Shown here: positions 60,099-64,000 of the stretch, piece by piece | Layout of the letters: every line of letters starts with the position of its first letter | How positions within the stretch are numbered: the first letter of the stretch is position 1 | Assembly: GCA_963695095.1 (NCBI GenBank) | Contig: CAVOFT010000001.1 | Location: forward strand, 320,001-384,000 | From: an uncultured bacterium | GTDB taxonomy: Bacteria; Krumholzibacteriota; Krumholzibacteriia; JACNKJ01 | Direction: 5' to 3' | DNA length: 64,000 bases | Notes under the pieces: model-generated | The model's database searches: none | The model's input: only the letters and a program-made list of their open reading frames with translations | Told to the model about the DNA's origin: nothing | Made by a program: the position numbers and the translations under genes

Positions 60099-60662
60099 GT
60101 GACTCTCGCCATTCCCCTCGCCTGGCTGCCCCTGGCGATCTTCCTGGCCCGCATCACCGACGTGAGCCTGGGCACCGTGCGCACGATCGCCGTGGTCAAG
60201 GGGCGCATCGTCATCGCCTCGCTGCTGGGCTTCGTCGAGGTGCTGATCTGGGTGATCGCCGTGAGCAACGTCGTCACCCGGCTGGACCAGCCGCTCAACC
60301 TCGTGGCCTGGGCGGCCGGATTTGCCGTGGGCAACGCGGTGGGCATCTTCATCGAGCGCAAGCTGGCCCTGGGCGACCTGGTCATGCGCGTGATCAGTCG
60401 CGGGCAAGGGGCCGAGATCGCCGAGAAGCTGCGCAATCTCGGTCAGCGGGTCACCGAGTTCGAGGGCAAGGGCCGCAGCGGCCCCGTGCAGCTCCTCTAT
60501 GCCGTCGTGGATCGCGTCGACGGCGAGCGCGTGGAGCGGCTGGCGCGCGCCATCGACCCCGACTGCGTGGTGGTGAGCGAGGACGTCCGCCACGTCAACG
60601 TCAAGCTCCGCCCCATGATGACCCCGCGCACCGACTGGCGGAGCGTGCTGAAGAAGAAGTAG
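60099..60662 (+). CDS. DUF2179/UPF0316 membrane protein
   Basis: IFLARITDVSLGTVR, GFVEVLIW, GFAVGN. Confidence 0.85.
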   Translation: MTLAIPLAWLPLAIFLARITDVSLGTVRTIAVVKGRIVIASLLGFVEVLIWVIAVSNVVTRLDQPLNLVAWAAGFAVGNAVGIFIERKLALGDLVMRVISRGQGAEIAEKLRNLGQRVTEFEGKGRSGPVQLLYAVVDRVDGERVERLARAIDPDCVVVSEDVRHVNVKLRPMMTPRTDWRSVLKKK

Positions 60663-60783
60663 CGGATCCGAAGGCCGGGACCGCAGGCCGCGGCGCCGAG
60701 CGGCTAATGCCTTGAATCCTCGGCACTTGCCCCCGGGGGCGCCCCGCCGCAGCTGACGCTGCAAGTTCCCCCCTGACAAGGGG

Positions 60784-60812
60784 TTGTGCGCCTGCCCGCC
60801 GCCGCCTATATT
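60784..60812 (+). promoter_or_regulatory. Sigma-70-type promoter for rocD
   Basis: TTGTGC-17-TATATT. Confidence 0.55.
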
Positions 60813-60850
60813 CGCGGGGCCGGAATCCGGCGAAGCGAGGAGGGAAGGCC

Positions 60851-62075
60851 ATGGCCAGCAGCGACGAGATCATCCGCAAGGACAGCAGCTACGGCGCGCA
60901 CAACTACCACCCGCTGCCCGTGGTGATCAGCAAGGCCGAGGGCGTCTGGGTCTGGGACCCCGAGGGCAAGCGCTACCTGGACTTCCTCAGCGCCTACTCG
61001 GCCGTCAACCAGGGCCACCGGCACCCGAAGATCATCGCCGCGCTGAAGGCGCAGGCCGACCGCGTCACCCTGACCAGCCGCGCCTTCCACAACGACCGCA
61101 TGGGCGACTTCCTCGAGGCCCTCTGCCGCTACACGGGCTTCGAGATGGCCCTGCCCATGAACACCGGCGCCGAGGCCGTGGAGACGGCCATCAAGCTGGC
61201 CCGCCGCTGGGGCGTCGAGAAGAAGGGCGTCGCCAACGGGAAGCAGGAGATCATCGTCTGCGCGGAGAACTTCCACGGGCGCACGAGCACGATCGTCAGC
61301 TTCAGCACGGATCCGGACGCCCGCGTCAACTACGGCCCCTACATGCCCGGCTTCACGGTGATCCCCTATGGCGACGTGGCGGCGCTCGAGAAGGCCATCA
61401 CGCCCGAACACGTGGCCTTCCTCGTCGAGCCCATCCAGGGCGAGGCCGGCGTGGCCCTGCCGCCCGCGGGCTATCTCGCGCGCCGTGCGCAAGCTCTGCA
61501 CCAAGCACAAGGTGCTCTTCATCGCCGACGAGGTGCAGACCGGCTTCTGCCGCACCGGCCGCAAGTTCGCCTGCGACCACGAGGGCGTGCGCCCCGACGT
61601 GATGTGCCTGGGCAAGGCGCTCGGCGGCGGCGTCCTGCCCGTGAGCGCCGTGGTGGCCGACAGGGCGATCATGGCGGTCTTCACGCCGGGCACGCACGGT
61701 TCCACCTTCGGCGGCAACCCGCTGGCCGCGGCCGTGGGCATCGCCGCGCTGGAGGTGCTCGAGGAGGAGCAGCTCGACGAGCGGGCGGCCGTGCTCGGCG
61801 AGAAGCTGCGCGAGGAACTGGGCGCCATCGACTGCCCGCGCATCGTCGAGGTGCGCGGCAAGGGCCTGCTCAACGCCGTGGTCTTCGAGCCGGGCTTCGA
61901 GGCCTGGGAGACCTGCCTCGCCCTGAAGGAGGCCGGCCTGCTCGCCAAGCAGACCCACGGCAACATCATCCGCTTTGCGCCGCCCCTGGTGATCAGCGAG
62001 GACGAGCTGGATCAGGCCATCGCCATCATCCGCAAGGTCTTCGCCGCCATCCCGGCCACGGCCGGCGCCAAGTAG
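60851..62075 (+). CDS. rocD: Ornithine--oxo-acid aminotransferase; frameshift near 61480
   Basis: [58 protein letters not shown]. Confidence 0.92.
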
Positions 62076-62101
62076 CATCGCGTTCGCACCGAGAAGCAAG
62101 G

Positions 62102-62129
62102 CGCCCCCGGCTCCGGCCGGGGGCGTTTT
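62102..62129 (+). terminator. Intrinsic terminator after rocD
   Basis: cgcccccgg/ccgggggcg stem followed by TTTT. Confidence 0.75.
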
Positions 62130-62337
62130 CGCGTCGGTGGCGCCCGCCGCCGGGGGTGTTTTCGAGTGGCCGGCCGCCGCGCGCGGCGACCGCGCCGCGC
62201 AAATAGGCAACATCGCCTGATCAGAAGGCCACCAATTGCATGGGCGTCGCCGGGCGCGGGAGAGAGGATCGGCATCGCCAATAGCGCAATCGACGTAAAT
62301 CCAATGGGATAACAATCCTGCCCGCCGCTTTCTCATT

Positions 62338-62353
62338 CGGCACGACAGATGCT
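62338..62353 (+). promoter_or_regulatory. Sigma-54-type -24/-12 promoter
   Basis: CGGCACGACAGATGCT: GG-N10-GC with a GGCACG core. Confidence 0.55.
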
Positions 62354-62486
62354 TTCGGCGTGGCGAAGCGGGCGACCGCGGTTCCGGGTCAAGAATTGAG
62401 GCCGTCCAGGCCCCGCGGAATCGCCCACAGACGCCTCCCTCGGACCCGGATCGATGGGCGTCGGCGCCTCAGGAGACAGGAATATA

Positions 62487-62567
62487 ATGCAGACCAAGAA
62501 GTCCTCGACCACCAAGAGCAAGCCCTCCAAGACCCAGAGCTCGACCAAGCAGTCGCCCAAGCGCTAG
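62487..62567 (+). CDS. 26-aa Lys/Ser/Thr-rich basic micropeptide (MQTKKSSTTKSKPSKTQSSTKQSPKR)
   Basis: AGGAG/AGGA RBS; every codon ends in G/C; own promoter and terminator; below the ORF-track cutoff. Confidence 0.6.
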   Translation: MQTKKSSTTKSKPSKTQSSTKQSPKR

Positions 62568-62593
62568 TCGCTGAGGACTCGGTCCTAATGCAC

Positions 62594-62625
62594 ACGGAGG
62601 CGGCTTCGGCCGCCTTCGTTTTTTT
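62594..62625 (+). terminator. Intrinsic terminator with C(UUCG)G tetraloop
   Basis: acggaggcggc-ttcg-gccgccttcgt followed by a T run. Confidence 0.85.
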
Positions 62626-62658
62626 GTGCCCGCCCCCGGGGGCGAGCCGCTCCGGGGG

Positions 62659-64000
62659 CTAGACGCCGTCGTCGCCGGTGACCCGCGCGACGAGCAGGGT
62701 GTAGTCGTCCAGCAGCTCGCGCTCGCCGCGGAAGGCCGTGACCGCGGCCTCGATGGCGGCCATCACCCCGGCCGGCGGTCCCTCGCGCAGCGGCGCCGCC
62801 ACGCGGACGAGGCGCTCCTCGCCGAAATCCTCGTCGGCCGCATTCATCGCCTCGCTGACGCCGTCGGTGAAGGCGACGAGCAGGTCGCCGGGCGCGAGCG
62901 CCACGCTCTGCTCGGCGAAGTCGAGGCCCGGGAAGACGCCCAGGATGGGCCCCACCGGATCGAGCGCGCTCGCGCTGCCGTCGGCGTGGATCACGCGCGG
63001 CGGGTTGTGCCCGGCGTTGACGAAGCTGAGCTGCCGCGTGCGCGGGTCGTAGATCGCCGCGAAGAAGGTGATGAACTGCTCCACGCGCGTGTTGGCGTGG
63101 ATGATGTCGTTGATGCCGCCCACCATCTCGCCCAGGGGGACGCCGACGCGGGCCATGCTGCGCAGCGAAGCCTGCAGATTGGCCATGATCATGGCCGCCC
63201 CGGCGCCCTTGCCGGAGACGTCGCCCACGGCCATGAGCGTGCGGCCCTCGGGCAGGGCGAGCACGTCGTAGTAGTCGCCCGCCACCTCGAGGCTGGCCTG
63301 GAAGCAGGCGGCGAGCTCGAGCCCCGACGTCTTGGGCAGGCTGCGGGGCAGGAAGCCCTCCTGCACCCGCCGCGCCATGTCGAGCTGCTCCTGCAGGCGG
63401 CGCTTGTCCAGGGTCTCCTCGATCAGGCGCAGGTTCTCGCTCTCCAGCGCGACCTGGCTGCCGAGGGAGCGCAGTTCTTCGAGGCCGGCCACGCTGAGGC
63501 CCTCCCAGCTGGCGGTCGCAGACGAGGAAGAGCAGCCCCTGCAGCTCCGCGTGCATGGAGAGAGGCAGGATGACGCCGACGCGCCGCGTCAGCGAGCCAG
63601 GCGTCCTCGGCGTCGCTGAGCACCAGGCGGCCGCTCGCGCGCAGCTCGTCGACGAGCAGGGGCTCGCGGCCGCTGGCGCAGGGCCCGCATGAGCTGGCCG
63701 CGCTCGTCGAAGGGCAGGGCCTCGCTCGCCGGGCAGGAGCAGGCGCTCCCCCTTGGCATCGGCCATCGCCGGCACCAGCGCGGTGATGCGCAGGCCCTCG
63801 CGCAGGCTCTGCTCGAGGCGGGCGAAGAGGCTGCTGCGATCGGCCAGGGTGGCCGCGCGGGCGTGGAACTCGTCGAGGATCTCGCGCAGGCGGCGCTGCT
63901 CGGGGTAGATGCGCTCGGCGAAGGCGCTCTGGGCGCGCCGGTGCAGGGGCGTGACGCCCAGGGCGAGCAGCAAGGCCACGGCGAGCGTCGGCGAGCGGCC
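62659..64000 (-). CDS. SpoIIE/RsbU-type PP2C phosphatase with membrane/GAF-like N-terminus (5' end outside window; frameshifted 63500-63720)
   Basis: VAGDYYD, GDVSGKG, NAGHNPP, FTDGVSEA, DDYTL. Confidence 0.88.

Overview
Very GC-rich (roughly 70%+ by eye) bacterial chromosomal window. Four secreted proteins end in FlgD-Ig/T9SS-like C-terminal domains and one ends in 'SFGAIKALY', which suggests (inference) an FCB-associated candidate phylum such as Krumholzibacteriota, Latescibacterota or Eisenbacteria. About ten genes are broken by small indels, most likely long-read consensus errors. Content: a VapBC45-type TA pair, secreted beta-propeller and S8 proteins, a porin-micropeptide-SSS transporter-hybrid kinase operon, three separated modules resembling anaerobic purine catabolism (PreA/YgfK-like flavoprotein plus amidohydrolase; YgfM-XdhD-like; YgeW-like, ThrC-like, XdhC, lipoprotein, XdhB), three tandem hybrid kinases, a divergent transketolase, TonB/ExbBD, carAB, an HNH protein, rocD and a SpoIIE-type phosphatase. 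I saw no rRNA, tRNA, CRISPR array, integrase or transposase. Best leads: (1) two dispersed palindromes, TGTACACGTGTACA (3 copies, two inside genes with atypical codons) and GCCCCCGGGGGC (12 copies, 10 of them in 45.9-62.7 kb); (2) a three-kinase cluster in which two kinases lack the phospho-His and the intact phosphorelay parts are spread over three proteins; (3) a variant purine-degradation pathway with non-canonical enzymes; (4) a mosaic at 10.2-13.3 kb that looks like two alternative alleles of one variable slot captured in tandem; (5) an unannotated sigma-54-type unit encoding a 26-aa basic peptide or an sRNA.
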